A stretch of DNA of 64,000 nucleotides from Mobula birostris (GCF_030028105.1 NC_092396.1:3286001-3350000); one strand, 5' to 3'. Counted from the first letter of the stretch, positions 1 to 11,921 are shown. Translations and numbers: made by a program. Notes: a model not told the origin generated them from the letters alone.

Positions 1-99
1 AAACACTATCCAAAGTACATACCTTTAATAGGATTGCAGAAACTTAAGGTAGCTGTTCATCACCAATTTCAATTATGAGCAACAAATACATTTCAATAC

Positions 100-315
100 A
101 GAACAGGCCCCCCAGCCCTTCAATTGAGACCACTAACATTATTAATCCTAACCTAATCACAGGTCAATTTATAATGACCAACTAAGCTACTAACTGGTTA
201 TGTATTCGGACCATGGGAGGAAACCCACACATTTTACTGAGAACACACCAGCTCCTTACAGTGGACACTGGAATTGAGTTGTAACAGCATCATGCTAACT
301 GCCACACACTGTCTA
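100..315 (-). mobile_element. Degenerate V-SINE/HE1-like SINE
   Basis: Reverse complement of the GGTTTCCTCCCA core and TAAATTG-CCTGTGATTAGG tail shared with many other copies. Confidence 0.6.
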
Positions 316-1287
316 CAACATTTACAGAAACTCAACTAACAGATAACCAGTTAAGCACTGAGATTTCAAAGTTAAACCTCCCACAAATGTAAAGATCTGC
401 AACAATTTTACACAGTCAAGATTGATAGAACTAGCCCCAAGAGATGGGGAGAGCCTGTGCACCATATCCTTGAATTTAATTCCAACTATACTTCAAAAAG
501 AACCACAGAAAGAATTTTGGGATTCAAGATCTTAAAAAGGCATTGTCTACATTTCTTAACATCCCACACTCAATGGATTTACTTAAGGCATTGATTCCAA
601 AATTTAACATTTTAATGAATTCTGCCTTATGCATATGGTGGGTAAAAATACAAAAACTGAATACATTGAAATGGAGCTGTTTAAACATTTTTATAGGGAC
701 AAAATAAAGCAAATAGCTACTACATTAATGTTGTGCTAAAAACTTATATTTTGTAGCACCATCTGGGTGGTAAAGCATTGCTTCCCAGCTCTCCCAGGAC
801 TATTTAAAATCAGCAGTAAGCAATGAGGTTTAAACCTACAATCCAGTTTCTTCATTGCAAGTTCTAAACAATTCAAAAGAGGAAAGCAGCAAGGAAACTT
901 AGAGCCTTAGGAGCAATAGACAAGACCATTAGTGGAACAATTAGAATTGTGCAGTCCTGCAGACTGGAGGAATTACAAAAATCAAAAACACTAGAATATT
1001 TAAAAAACGCTACTTTGCAAGGTAAACAATGATAGATGAATTGAATGTTATAAGAAGATGGCAGGCGAAACCAGCTGCTGTCTTAAATACATCCTGAGAT
1101 TAGATACAGGTAAGTTGAAGAACATAACACAAACATTTCAATTGTGTAAAATTTTCATTTAAACTTGATGCCTCAGAATATATTCCATATCCACCAGTGA
1201 GATTTCTTGGTGCCCAAGATTTGCCAAGTTTCCAAAAGCAGTCACAGGACTTGTAGCATGCATGCATTTCTTAGAATATACACTCAC

Positions 1288-1321
1288 CTGATGTACAAAC
1301 ACATCTTCCTTTGTATCATTC
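1288..1321 (-). CDS. YBX1: YBX1 exon 3 (RNDTKEDVFVHQ, RNP2); gene continues beyond the left edge
   Basis: 34-nt exon with tgtag acceptor and GTGAGT donor; in frame with exon 2. Confidence 0.97.
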
Positions 1322-1538
1322 CTACAAGGGAAAAAGAATTATACTTCACATTTGTGATCATGGATATTCAAAAATAATTTCTCCCCATCCCACAGAAAAA
1401 GATTTACCATCCACAATTTAACTCATAGGAAAACACCTTTGGAGAGAAACATACAATATAATTTTAGTTTAAACAGGATTTTACGTAGCAGTCCCCAGGA
1501 ATGAAAATAGTACAAGATTACAAATACCACATACTCAC

Positions 1539-1602
1539 CTGTTGATGAATCCATATCCATTTCGTACGTTGAACCACTTTACTGTTCCAAGAACCTTTGT
1601 TG
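1539..1602 (-). CDS. YBX1: YBX1 exon 2 ([21 protein letters not shown], cold-shock domain RNP1)
   Basis: 64-nt exon with tttcag acceptor and GTGAGT donor; translation is the invariant cold-shock domain start. Confidence 0.97.
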
Positions 1603-4600
1603 CTGAAAGAAAAGCACAGGCCCCAATGAGTCTCAATATTACTATGCAAACTTAATTTCTAATGGGCAGACTTCTGATCACTTTCAGGAAACAATGGTGG
1701 AGGGAAAAAAACAAAGCAGTTTCATAAAGTCCTAAATTTAGTGCAAAATGGAGAGATCTCTGCTCTAATACATCTAAAAAGTACTTTACAGAATAACTGG
1801 TTAGTGGCTAACCTGAACCTCAATATATTGCTAACAATAAAACTAATTGATCAAAAAATATAGGCATAGTAAAGTTATTTTAGGTGCAGTGTTTAGACAG
1901 TAGATGGTATCTGGACCTTCAGATCTCAGAGGTGCAACAGCCAAGATGAGATGCCACTTTGTGTTTTTCTTTTCACTTTAGCCGATTAACAGGATCCAGA
2001 TCAGCCATGAAAATAATCTAGACACTTAACAGTAACCCAAAGCAGGAGGAAATGGCATTTAACCAAACTGAAGTAATGAGAGTTGAGGAAAATCATTTCA
2101 CAATATAGCAATGAAGTACCTTGAATAATCCATCCCAGAAACAAACCCAATTAACCAGCCCATCATCACCAGTAGCAGCATTTTCACCCACCTTTCTTTC
2201 AAATCATTTTTACAAGTCCTTAAGCCAGCCAATGTATAAGCTCTGGCTCATTGGATACTAAGTTATAAAGGACACCAGTGGATCAAAAGTTTATATAATG
2301 GCTAACTTCTTTAAGGAGAGACAATGAAACTAAAAGTTAAAATAAGGCAAAGGTGGAGAAATAATTAAATTAGGGGATGCAGCAGAGGGCAGAATTGGCG
2401 GATAACATATTACCAAGGCTGACAGTGTAGATGATTACAAAGGAGCTGAAGATTAAGGGAGAAACCTAGAGGGATTTAAGGTATAAATCTGGGCAGCAGA
2501 GATAGAACTGTCGCCACATAGCTCCCATGAGCTCAGCACACTGACCTTCTGTGCTGTTTCTTGCAAAATGCCAAAACAAGGAGGTTAACGGGCCACTGTA
2601 AATTATCCCTAGTATCTGGAAAACCATATCCAAAGGGAATAGCATAAATGGATGACCTTCAGGGCCATTTAAAATCAAGGTGTTGCTTAATCAACCAGAG
2701 GTTTTGAGGATTAGCAAACAATGTGGGAAACTGATGTATAAAATGGACACTGAACAGTGTATTGGACAAGGTCAAGTTTATGGCGCACATGGATGGCTGA
2801 CAAACATTGGGATTATCAAGAGGTTAACACAAAGGGACATATTAGCCAAGCTGTGGCAAACTCACACATGACAAGTACAGACAAATTGGTTTAGAGACCA
2901 AAAAGGCAAGGATGAAATGCATTTTCAAACAGCCTAGTGAAGTTTCAGACAGTTGAAGAATGAAAGGAGGCAAAAATAGCTAGGTGGCCACTGCTTTGAT
3001 AGGATTTGAGCCACAGTAGCAGGAAAATGGTACTCAACTCAAATGCATACATGAGGTAAGATGGGAGAAAATTTGAGACCAGAGTTGAAAGCAGATAAAA
3101 CATCAAGTTTCAGCATGACAAGTTAGGTTTAAAAATGGAAGGGGAGTAGAGGGGAAGAGAGATGATTTCCTGTGACAATGAATTCAGAAGTTATTATACC
3201 TGAAATAAAAGAAAATGAAAATTGTGGTAGGGACAATCACCTAAGCTTATCCTCACAATGCAGAATGATGAAATAGCATGCAGTATTGATAGTCAAGGAA
3301 CCTCTCTCAACTCCCCCGTCTCCACATCCCACAAATGCAAAGGTCCAACAGCAAAGCAAACTAGACTTAAAAATAACATTAAGGATGTCATGATGAAAGA
3401 TGGTATCAACAGAAAAAAAAAAGTGAATGGAATGGCTGTTGAATGTGGCAAGTTAGCCTAAATGAGAAGTTTCTTCCAATATCTTTAGCTGAATTCCTTC
3501 TGATCACTTTAATGAGCAATTACAACTTCCTTATACGCAAACAATAGAAACGTTCCACGACATCAACTTTAATTATGATGTCACCCAATATCATTACTGA
3601 TACTAGCTCCTTGTAGAACTGCTCACGGCACTTTACAACTATGTTAAAATGAGATTACAATAACTTGAATCACTGAGCACAAGAACAGAGTGGCCAGAGG
3701 GCTGGGCTGAGATGATACTGATGGACTCAAAGTCAAAACCCAAAACTAATACTATAGTAAGATTGAAGGAAACATTAAGACGCTGCTCTCCAGCACGTTT
3801 CCTGGAGAGCACTCTCACATAACGACACCCTCTGCGCAATAAACGGGTTCTACTTTCCGCCACCAACAACTTTGTTGGGGAAAACTGAGAGCAGAGAGCC
3901 GCAGTCCCAGATCAGGGACACTTCCTACAGCCTCGGCGGGATAAAAACAGGATCTTCCTAACCCACCACCCCCACCTTTCACTCTGAAGCCTCACTGACA
4001 AGCACAGATTCACGGCACCGGGGACATTCCCTCTTCCACAACCCCCACCCAGAGGCAAGGAAAAGACGAGACCCTGGGCTCGGCTCGGCTCTGAATTTTC
4101 ACTCACCCTGGGGAGGGGAGAGGAGACGAGGCCTACTCTCGGGCCCGGACAGGGGTTCCGGGTTCCGCGGGAGGACAATCGGGCGGCGGTTGAGGACGGA
4201 CGGAGGGGGGGGAACGGGCGAGCGGCGGCCACGCGGAGGAAGCGCGCGTCCCCACGGGCTCCACCAATCAAGGGCCGGCTCCAACCGCCCCCTCCCTCCT
4301 CCTGCCGCCCACACGGTGGGAGAAGCGGCGCCGGGGCCCGAGGCCGCAGCACGTGGCGGCCGCCGTCAGCTGAAGCGAGGGGCGAGGCTGCCGAGGCCTC
4401 CACTGCTCTCCTCCCCCCCGGTCAATTCTGACCCCAACCCCGGGAGGGGTGGGGGAATCTCCCCCGTCGGAGAGGGGGGGTCGGGGTCGCTTGCCCCCCC
4501 TCACCGCGCGCCGCCGCCCGTTGACATTTGAATGAGGCGCTCGCGCGCGTGGCCGTTTAACTGGGCACATCGGGATCGCGCCTCCTCGACCACCCACCCC

Positions 4601-4718
4601 TCTAATCGGGGCCGCGCAAAGACCCCCCCGGCGGGAACGCGCCTCGTCTCCGCGAGCGCCCGTTTGAACCGCAACGGCCGTTCCTTCTCTTCCCCCCCCC
4701 CCCAAACCAACTCCTCAC

Positions 4719-4809
4719 CGATGACTTTCTTCTCCCCGGGGGATTTGGGTTTGTCTGGCTGTTGCTGCTGCTGCTGTTCGGGTTGCTGCTCCGTCTCGGC
4801 CTCGCTCAT
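4719..4809 (-). CDS. YBX1: Y-box binding protein 1, coding exon 1 (MSEAETEQQPEQQQQQQPDKPKSPGEKKVI)
   Basis: ACC-ATG at 4809; MSEAET...KKVI matches the YBX family N-terminus; G|GTGAGG donor, phase 1; lies in a CpG island. YBX1 rather than YBX2/3 is inferred from adjacency to PPIH, as in human. Confidence 0.92.
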
Positions 4810-4909
4810 GGTGTTGACAGGCTGCGTGAGGTGGTTGCGGCTCGGGCCGGTCTGAGGTGGGGGCTCCTGCGCTCTCTCCGCTTCTTTCTTCTCTCTTTCC
4901 CTCCGCTGA

Positions 4910-5240
4910 AAGAACATGGCTGGCCTCTCGCGAGAATTTCAATTAAATACCGCGCCGGCACCCGCCCCCAAACCCAACGCCCATTGGCTTGCTTCGCACC
5001 CGGCGACACGCTAGTTGGTTAACACTGCTATCTGTCAATCTGCTTCGCGCCCAACATTCCACCCGTAGCGGACATGATTGGGGGGGATCCACTCCACATT
5101 CCGTCGCTCATTGGAGAGGGCCAACGTCAATTATCTCCGGCTGTAGGAATCCGGCACTCCTCCCCACTGCTTATTGGTCCGTTGCGATTGTCACCTAGGT
5201 AGAGTGCCGGAGGCTAGCAGGTGAGCACCTGTCAATCACT
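4910..5240 (-). promoter_or_regulatory. YBX1 core/proximal promoter
   Basis: TCTCGCGAGA palindrome 4926-4935; GC box ~4961-4968; CCAAT (ATTGG on +) at 4983, 5077, 5110, 5173; TGATTGACAG (minus) at 5229-5238; E-boxes CAGGTG/CACCTG ~5218-5231. Confidence 0.75.
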
Positions 5241-5439
5241 GCCCGGGCACACGTCCACAACTTAACAAACAAAAACTATTCTCTATTAGAAAAGTCTAAG
5301 GATTGCAAATTGTTGGAAAACCTCGAGTCTTCAACCAGTAAAATAAAAGTTCGATTATACAGATGTGCATCATTAAAGAACTCCTATTAACCAAGATACA
5401 CCCTCTCCAATCTTCAGACACACACTCCGGAACAGATTC

Positions 5440-5990
5440 TAAAGTTCAAATGAAATTTATTATCAAAGTACAGATACTGTATGTCACCATATACAACACT
5501 GAGATTCATTTTCTCGCGGGCATATTCAATAAGTCTATCGAATATGAACATAATCAATGAAAGACCGCACAACTTAGTGTTTAACAACCTGAACAAATAC
5601 AAAAGTAAATAAATAAATAAGCAATAAACATCGAGAACATGATGTTGAAGAGTCCTTGAAAGTGAGCCCATAGGTTGTGGGAACATTTCAATGACGGAGC
5701 GAGTGAAGTTAACCCCTTCGATTCAAGAACCTGATGTTTGAGGGGTAATAACTGTTTATGAGTTTAGCGGTGTGAGCCTGAGGCTCCTGTACCTTCTTAC
5801 TGATGGCAGCCGCGAGAAGAGAGCGTGTCCTGGGTGGTGGAATCCCTGATGATGGATGCTGCTTTCCTTCAATAACAATTCATGTAGATGTTCTCAATGG
5901 TGGGGAGGGCTTTACCTGTGATGGACTGGGCCATATCCATTCCTTCTTGGTGGGATTTTCCATTCAAGGGCATTGATGTTTCCATAATTA
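5440..5990 (-). mobile_element. Rex1/Babar-type LINE 3' fragment
   Basis: Decayed GKALP..I..IY..KAASII..HPGHALFS coding remnant plus ATAATAAATTT-ACTTTGAACTT tail. Confidence 0.7.
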
Positions 5991-7117
5991 ATCAATTTAC
6001 CTCACTATTTTCGTCTCTTCTTATTGTAATTTATCATTCTTTTATTATTTTGTATTGCAATGGACTGCTGCCACAAAGCAACAAATTTCACAATATATGC
6101 CAGTGATATTAAACCTGGTTCTGATTCTGTGTTCAATAAAAAAAATCTTTCTGAAGGAAGACAAACTTGATCAAATGGTTGTGGAATTACTGAAGTATGA
6201 TATGGAAAGACATTGCTCAGAACACCATGACCTTGTTCACCAGGAATCAGCTACCAGATGAATAGAAATCACTTTCCACACCAGTTCTTTCAACACACCG
6301 TTCTTTCTCCTTGAGGCAGCTTCCTGACTTCTTCCCTCCAAGCTAAGTGGGTGCACGCCTGTGCATTAACTAAAATGCTCCCACACACATCCCCTCTGTT
6401 GCCGCACAGCTGGAAGTTGCTTTTATAAGATGTTAATATATTTCTGAAATTATGCTATGATAACTTTGATATCTATATTTATATAATTGTGAAATACTCT
6501 GTAATAATGTTAACAAATGTAATCTATAAATTTTTAAAATAAACGTACCACAACCTTTACTTTGAAACATTTTAGAGCTTCAATGTATTTACATTGTCAG
6601 TGTTACAAACTGTAACAATAAACACAGAATGGAAGTTGGTAGCTCATTGTTAACAAACCAGCGACGTACATTTTTTAAAAATATTTAAAGAACTGCAGTT
6701 CTCAGGCCAGGTAAAAATTTCCTGCTCAGAGCAATGGTTGATCTGTGCAGCTTGTAAAAAATGAGAGGGAACATTGCCCCTGATCCATTGTTGACAGAGC
6801 TTACAACCTTGTCTAATCCATTTCCCATTTTTTGGCTCTCAGTCCAAGTCCTCCCACCAAAAGGACTCCCAATGTCTATACCACCAAAGCTCCACTTGGA
6901 CAGGATCACACTCTGTAAGTAACTCCACCTTCAATGTAAAACCATGTCACAACTCCACCCTCACCTCCGCTTTCAATGTGCCAAAGAGATGTTCGCTCTC
7001 CAGCGTACTGGTCTCCCCCACCCCCATTATTCATTTGTCGACACAGACCCTTGGCCCACTATATCAGTGCAATAGCATTCCTCCTCAGCCAGCACCTTCC
7101 AACACAATCCAACTAAG

Positions 7118-7375
7118 GGTGGCACTGTCGTGTAGCAGTCAGCGCCGATGATTGCCATTCATTTCTGCCATTCTCATTGAGGAGTTCGTACCTTCCCACC
7201 TTGTCAGTCCAGGTTTCCTCCGGGTGCTCTGGTTTCCTCCCACAGTCCAAAGATGACGTGAGGGTAGTAAGCTGTGGGCCAGAAGCATTTACGGACTGGC
7301 CTAGCGCTTCCTCACACTGTGTGCAAAACACATTTCACGGTGCGTTTCCACGTACGTGTGACAAGAATCTTTAAT
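7118..7375 (+). mobile_element. V-SINE/HE1-like SINE
   Basis: Core GGTTTCCTCCGGGTGCTCTGGTTTCCTCCCACAGTCCAAAGA. Similar copies at ~9270-9455(-), 12180-12380(-), 12881-13185(+), 13340-13475(+), 14500-14650(-), 16598-16780(+), 20220-20500(-), 29360-29485(-), 47860-48090(+), 55365-55620(+), 62805-63065(+). Confidence 0.75.
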
Positions 7376-7517
7376 TTCTTTAAGCTTTGGAGGCACGATG
7401 TCTGTGAGTCTTTTAGCTCAAACTTAATCTAAATTCAGAGAAAATCTTCCATTACAATTCCTCTACATTGCAGCAATCAAACATCACTTTGAAGAAACTC
7501 CCCCATTTAGGCAGCAA

Positions 7518-7935
7518 CTTACTTTCTGCCCGTTCGCTGCTGGCATTTAGGGCAACAACGGAGGTCCTCCATTCCTGGCAGTGTTCAGGGCTTCCTCCAC
7601 TGTGTCAATAGCCTCCTCTCGGTTTTCACTACTGTCAGCCATGCAAGTTCCAGGTGGAGACTCAGGAACATCATCTTAGAAGGATTCTTCATTGCCATTT
7701 GTGTTACAGTTTTGTTTGACCGGTAAGGGTTGTTAGCCCTGAGCTGAACCCCGAACCTGGAGGATTGGTGGACCACTCTTAGTTTGGCCTCTACCCTTTG
7801 ACCTGTTTGGCATGGCTGACCCCACCAAAAGTCAAAGCATAAAACCCTGACCCCAGCCAACATGGCTCTCCGGGTCATGGAGACATGCAAGCCTTGAAAC
7901 CCTACGAAAAGGCTGTAGTCTTCTTGGAGGATTTA
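7518..7935 (-). mobile_element. Probable non-autonomous RTE-clade element
   Basis: Resembles RTE 5'UTR (GGGCTAACAACCC) joined to an RTE-like 3' end with AAGT tail; comparable elements at ~14170-14460(-) and 54890-55290(+). Confidence 0.45.
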
Positions 7936-9454
7936 GCCTTCCAAATTCCTCTCTAACCTACTCATGACCTCTTACACTGTTCCAGTGAAGTCCAACAAAA
8001 GCTTAAGCATAAACTTAAGATTGTTTAATGTCATTTCCCGTACACAAGTGTAAAGGAGAACAAAATTATTGTTACTCCGGATCCAACGCAACACAGAAAA
8101 TTACAAGATAAAGAACACAATAAATGTAAACACCTAAGATAGCTTATATACACAGGTAGATTGTATGTCCATAAAGTGACACCTGGCACAGGAGTGTCTG
8201 TACATAAGGTGACCAACAGGAAATGATAAAGTAGTGGTGGTTGGGGGTGTGGAGGGGTGGGTTAGTGGGTGGAGGTGTTGATCAGCCTTACTGCTTGGGG
8301 AAAGTAACTGTTTTTGAGTCCGGTGGTCCTGGTGTGGATGCTACGTAGCCTCCTCCCTGATGGGAGTGGGACAGACAGTCCACGAGCAGGCTGGATGGGA
8401 TTCTTCATGATGTTACTGGCCCTTTTCCAACACCTTTCTGTTTATATTTTGGATTCGGCTTTGGGCTGGTTGAAATCTGGGCCTGGAGTGAGTCGCTGGG
8501 TGGCGAGGTCTAGGCCCGGAGCCTTCTGCTGCCGCTGTGTCCGAGCGTGCGGTGCAATTCACCGCTTCAGACAATTGAAAAGCTGGGTGCTAGATTGGAG
8601 GTGATAGTCACTCCTCTCTCCGGGATGTGGAGCCTTTCACTGTCCATTCTTTGGTCAGCCCAGGTAGACTGAAAGGTCAGTGTATTGGGACCCTGGATGA
8701 GAGCCGATGTTGCTCGTTCTCCGCGGTGGTCATCTCCATGGCGCTGAGGCTGCTGTGCTCTGCGCTCGCGGTTATGAAGAACTGATCAGCAAGGCTTTGG
8801 GCCGGCTCCGGGCTGCTCCGGGGGTCGGATCCGAGGATTCCACTTCGGTCCGGAATGTCGTTGCTCACTTCAATTGTTGGCATGATTTGTATTTTTTTCT
8901 TTCTCTTGCGCATTGAGTGTTGGTCTTTTATTTTTATTTTTATTCTTTTTTTCCCCTTTAATTGGGATCTCATGGATTTCTGGCTCTGTGACTACCTGTG
9001 AGCAAACATGTGCACCAAGCTTGTATCATTTATACATTCTTTGATAATGTCCTTGAATCTCGAATATGCCCCTGATGGTGGGCAGGCTGGTGCTGGCGAT
9101 GCGTTGGGCAGTTTTGTCTGCCCGTTGTAGAGCCTTCCTGTCTGCCACAGTGCAGTTTTCGTACCATCCGGTCAGTGATACAGAGTGTAGGATGCTCTCT
9201 ACTACACATATAAAACATGCACTGAACAGATATTCAGGATCCTTTTAAAATTTTATTGACGTACTGCGTGAAACAGGCCCTTCCAGCCCCTCGAGCCAAG
9301 CTGCCCACCAATCCTAATCACAGGCCGGCATACAATGACCAATTCACCTATCTACTGGTATGTCTTTGCACTGTGGGAGACAACTGGAGCTCCCAGAGAA
9401 AACGCACGTGGTATCGGGGTGAATGTACAATCTCCTTACAGGCAGTGGCGGGAA

Positions 9455-9812
9455 TTCTGCTGCCCGTCCACTTCGATGTTTGACGTGCTGTGCATTCAGA
9501 GCTGCTCTTCTGCACACCACTGTTGTAACATGTGGTTGAGTTACTGTCAGCTTGAACCAGTCTGGCCATTCTCCTCTGACCTCTTTCATTAAGAAGGCAT
9601 TTTTGTACACATAACTGCCACTCACTGGATTTTTTTTTCTGTTTTTTGCACCATTCTCTGTAAACTTTAGAGACTGTTATGTGTGAAAATCCAAGATCAG
9701 CAGTTACTGAGATACTCCAAGGCACCCCACCTGGAACCAACAATCATCCCACAGTCAAAGTCACTTAGATCACATTTCTTCCCCATTCTCATGTTTAGTC
9801 TGAACAACAACA
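9455..9812 (-). mobile_element. Non-autonomous Tc1-like DNA transposon fragment
   Basis: MGKKCDLSDFDCGMIVG...LGFSHITVSKVYREW HTH remnant; copies at 18805-19285(+), 20505-20825(+), 61590-61895(+). Confidence 0.8.
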
Positions 9813-10264
9813 GGAAGAACAAGAAAAAGAAGGAATCTGAGAGGAGAGGAGGGTGGATCTTGGGAGAAAGGGAAAGAGGAGGGGAAGCAGAGATGATGGG
9901 CAATTTATGAGAAGGAAGGGGAGAAAGAGGGAAGGGGGAGGGATAAACTACTGTAAGCTGGAGAAATCAACGTTCATGCCTTCAGGTTGGAGACCACCCA
10001 GATGGCCCATGACAAATTCCAAGAGAGTAGTCACACAAACAATGTGTTGGAATGTCACACTACCTTTCATTAGGTCTTCACTGAATAGATCAGCCTCTCC
10101 TATGAATTCTGAACTGGTCCCACAAATCAGCAGTGCCGTGGATGTGCCCTCCTGAAAGCTGAAGCATACTCAGTGCTCGACAGAGGCTCACCCAGAGACC
10201 CTCTATGACAGCATAGTCATAGCTGTATGACACAGCTTGACTGACACTGAAATGAATCTCACAT

Positions 10265-10525
10265 TATCATATTTCCACCTATCACCTCCCAGCTTCTTAC
10301 TTCATCCCCACTCCCCACCCACCTGGTTCCACCTATCATCTTCTAGCTTGTCCTCCTGCCCCTCCCCCTCCCCCCACCTCCTTATTCTGGCATCTTCCAG
10401 TCCTGATGAAGGGTCTCAGCCAAGAAGACTGACTTCTCATCCGTTTCCACGGACGCTGCCTGACCTGCTGAGTTCCTCCAGCATCTGGAGTGTGTTGCTC
10501 AGGATCAGCAGAATCTCTTCTGTTC
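10265..10525 (+). mobile_element. Penelope-like element terminal fragment
   Basis: C-rich tract then CCTGATGAAGGGTCTC...GCTGCCTGACCTGCTGAGTTCCTCCAGCA. GIY-YIG C-terminal-like remnants elsewhere in the window (LQPEGMNVDFS ~9950-10005 minus; VATHFNS ~33855-33950 plus). Confidence 0.65.
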
Positions 10526-10793
10526 ATATCAGACAATTTTCTGATGTCTGATTAAAAAGTTCAATTCTTTTTCATGTGTATTCATTAATGGAACATGAAC
10601 GTCAAAGTCAAAGTTCAAAATTCAAAGCAAATGTTATTATCAAAGTCCATGACATACCATGCCATACAACCCTGAGATTCATTTTCCTGTGGGCATACTC
10701 AATAAATCTATAGAATGGTAACTATAACAGGGTCAATGAAAGATCAACCAGAGTGCAGAAGACAACAAACTGTGTAAATGCAAATATAAATAA

Positions 10794-11434
10794 ACATAGA
10801 AATATAGAAAATAGGTGCAGGAGTAGACCATTCAGCCCTTCGAGCCTGCACCGCCATTCAGTACGATCATGGCTGATCATCCAGCTCAGAACCCTGTACC
10901 TGCCTTCTGTCCATACTCCCTGATCCCTTTAGCCACAAGGGCCATACCTAACTCCCTCTTAAATATAACCAATGAACTGGCCTCAACTGTTTCCTGTGGC
11001 AGAGAATTCCACAGATTCACCACTCTCTGTGTGAAGAAGTTTTTCCTAATCTCAGTCCTAAAAGGCTTCCCCTTTATCCTCAAACTGTGACCCCTCGTTC
11101 TGGACTTCCCCAACATCGGGAACAATCTTCCTACATCTAGCTTGTCCAATCCCTTTAGAATTTTATACGTTTCAATCAGATCCCCCCTCAATCTTCTAAA
11201 TTCCAGAGAGTATAAGCCTAGTTGATCCAGTCTTCCATCATATGAAAGTCCTGCCATCCCAGGAATCAATCTGGTGAACCTTCTTTGTACTCCCTCTATG
11301 GCAAGAATGTCTTTCCTCAGATTAGGGGACCAAAACTGCACACAATACTCCAGGTGTGGTCTCACCAAGGCCTTGTACAACTGCAGTAGTACCTCCCTGC
11401 TCCTGTACTCAAATCCTCTTGCTATGAATGCCAG
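10794..11434 (-). mobile_element. Young 5'-truncated CR1 LINE inserted in a Rex/Babar element
   Basis: Uninterrupted YKALVRPHLEYCVQFWSP...FFTQRVVNLWNSLP ORF2 C-terminus (10886-11380) and TTTCTATG-type tail; host halves at 10604-10793 and 11435-11910. Confidence 0.92.
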
Positions 11435-11910
11435 TAAAGAGCAATAAATAACAAGAACATGAGATAAAGAGAACTTGAAAGTGTGATCATTGGTTGTGGG
11501 AACATTTCAGTGAAGGGGTAAGTGAAGTTGATTGTACTTATCCCCTTCTGTTCAAGAGCCTGATGTTTGAGGGGTAATACTGTTTTAGAACCTGGTGATA
11601 TGAGCCCTGAGGCTCTTATACGTTCTTCCTGATGGCAGCAGTGAGAAGAGAACATGGCCTGGGTGGTGAGGATCTTTGATGATGGATGCTGCTTTCCTAC
11701 AACAATATTTCATGTAGATGTGCTCAATGGTGGGAGGGCTTTACCCGTGATGTACTGGGCTGAATCCACTACTTTCTGTAGGATTTTCCATTCAAGGGCA
11801 CTGATGTTTCCATACCAGGCTGTGATGCAACCAGTCAATATGCTCTCCAACGCACACCTATAGAAGTTTGTCAAAGTTTTATCTGTCATACTGAGGCTCT
11901 GCAAACTTCT
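11435..11910 (-). mobile_element. Rex1/Babar LINE ORF C-terminal fragment
   Basis: LTNFYRCALESILTGCITAWYGN motif (ORF 11710..11916). Confidence 0.8.
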
Positions 11911-11921
11911 AAGCAAGTTCT

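Larger units (their letters stand above)
3890..5260. promoter_or_regulatory. CpG island covering the YBX1 promoter, exon 1 and 5' intron 1
   Basis: Sharp rise in GC and CpG relative to AT-rich flanks. Confidence 0.9.

Noticed and set aside
18-60. AG|GTATGT donor as a possible YBX1 exon 4
   Set aside because: The upstream sequence does not encode TAIKKNNPRKYLRSVGDGE; exon 4 lies outside the window.
1850-3780. Possible ancient L2/SINE relics in YBX1 intron 1
   Set aside because: Too degenerate to delimit by eye; needs a profile search.
3912-5198. Many overlapping Gly/Arg/Pro-rich ORFs
   Set aside because: Expected from stop-poor CpG-island sequence; only YBX1 exon 1 (and the flagged alternative donor frame) has splice or homology support.
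10886-11380. 164-aa ORF as a functional gene
   Set aside because: C-terminus of a 5'-truncated CR1 ORF2 with no promoter or RT core.
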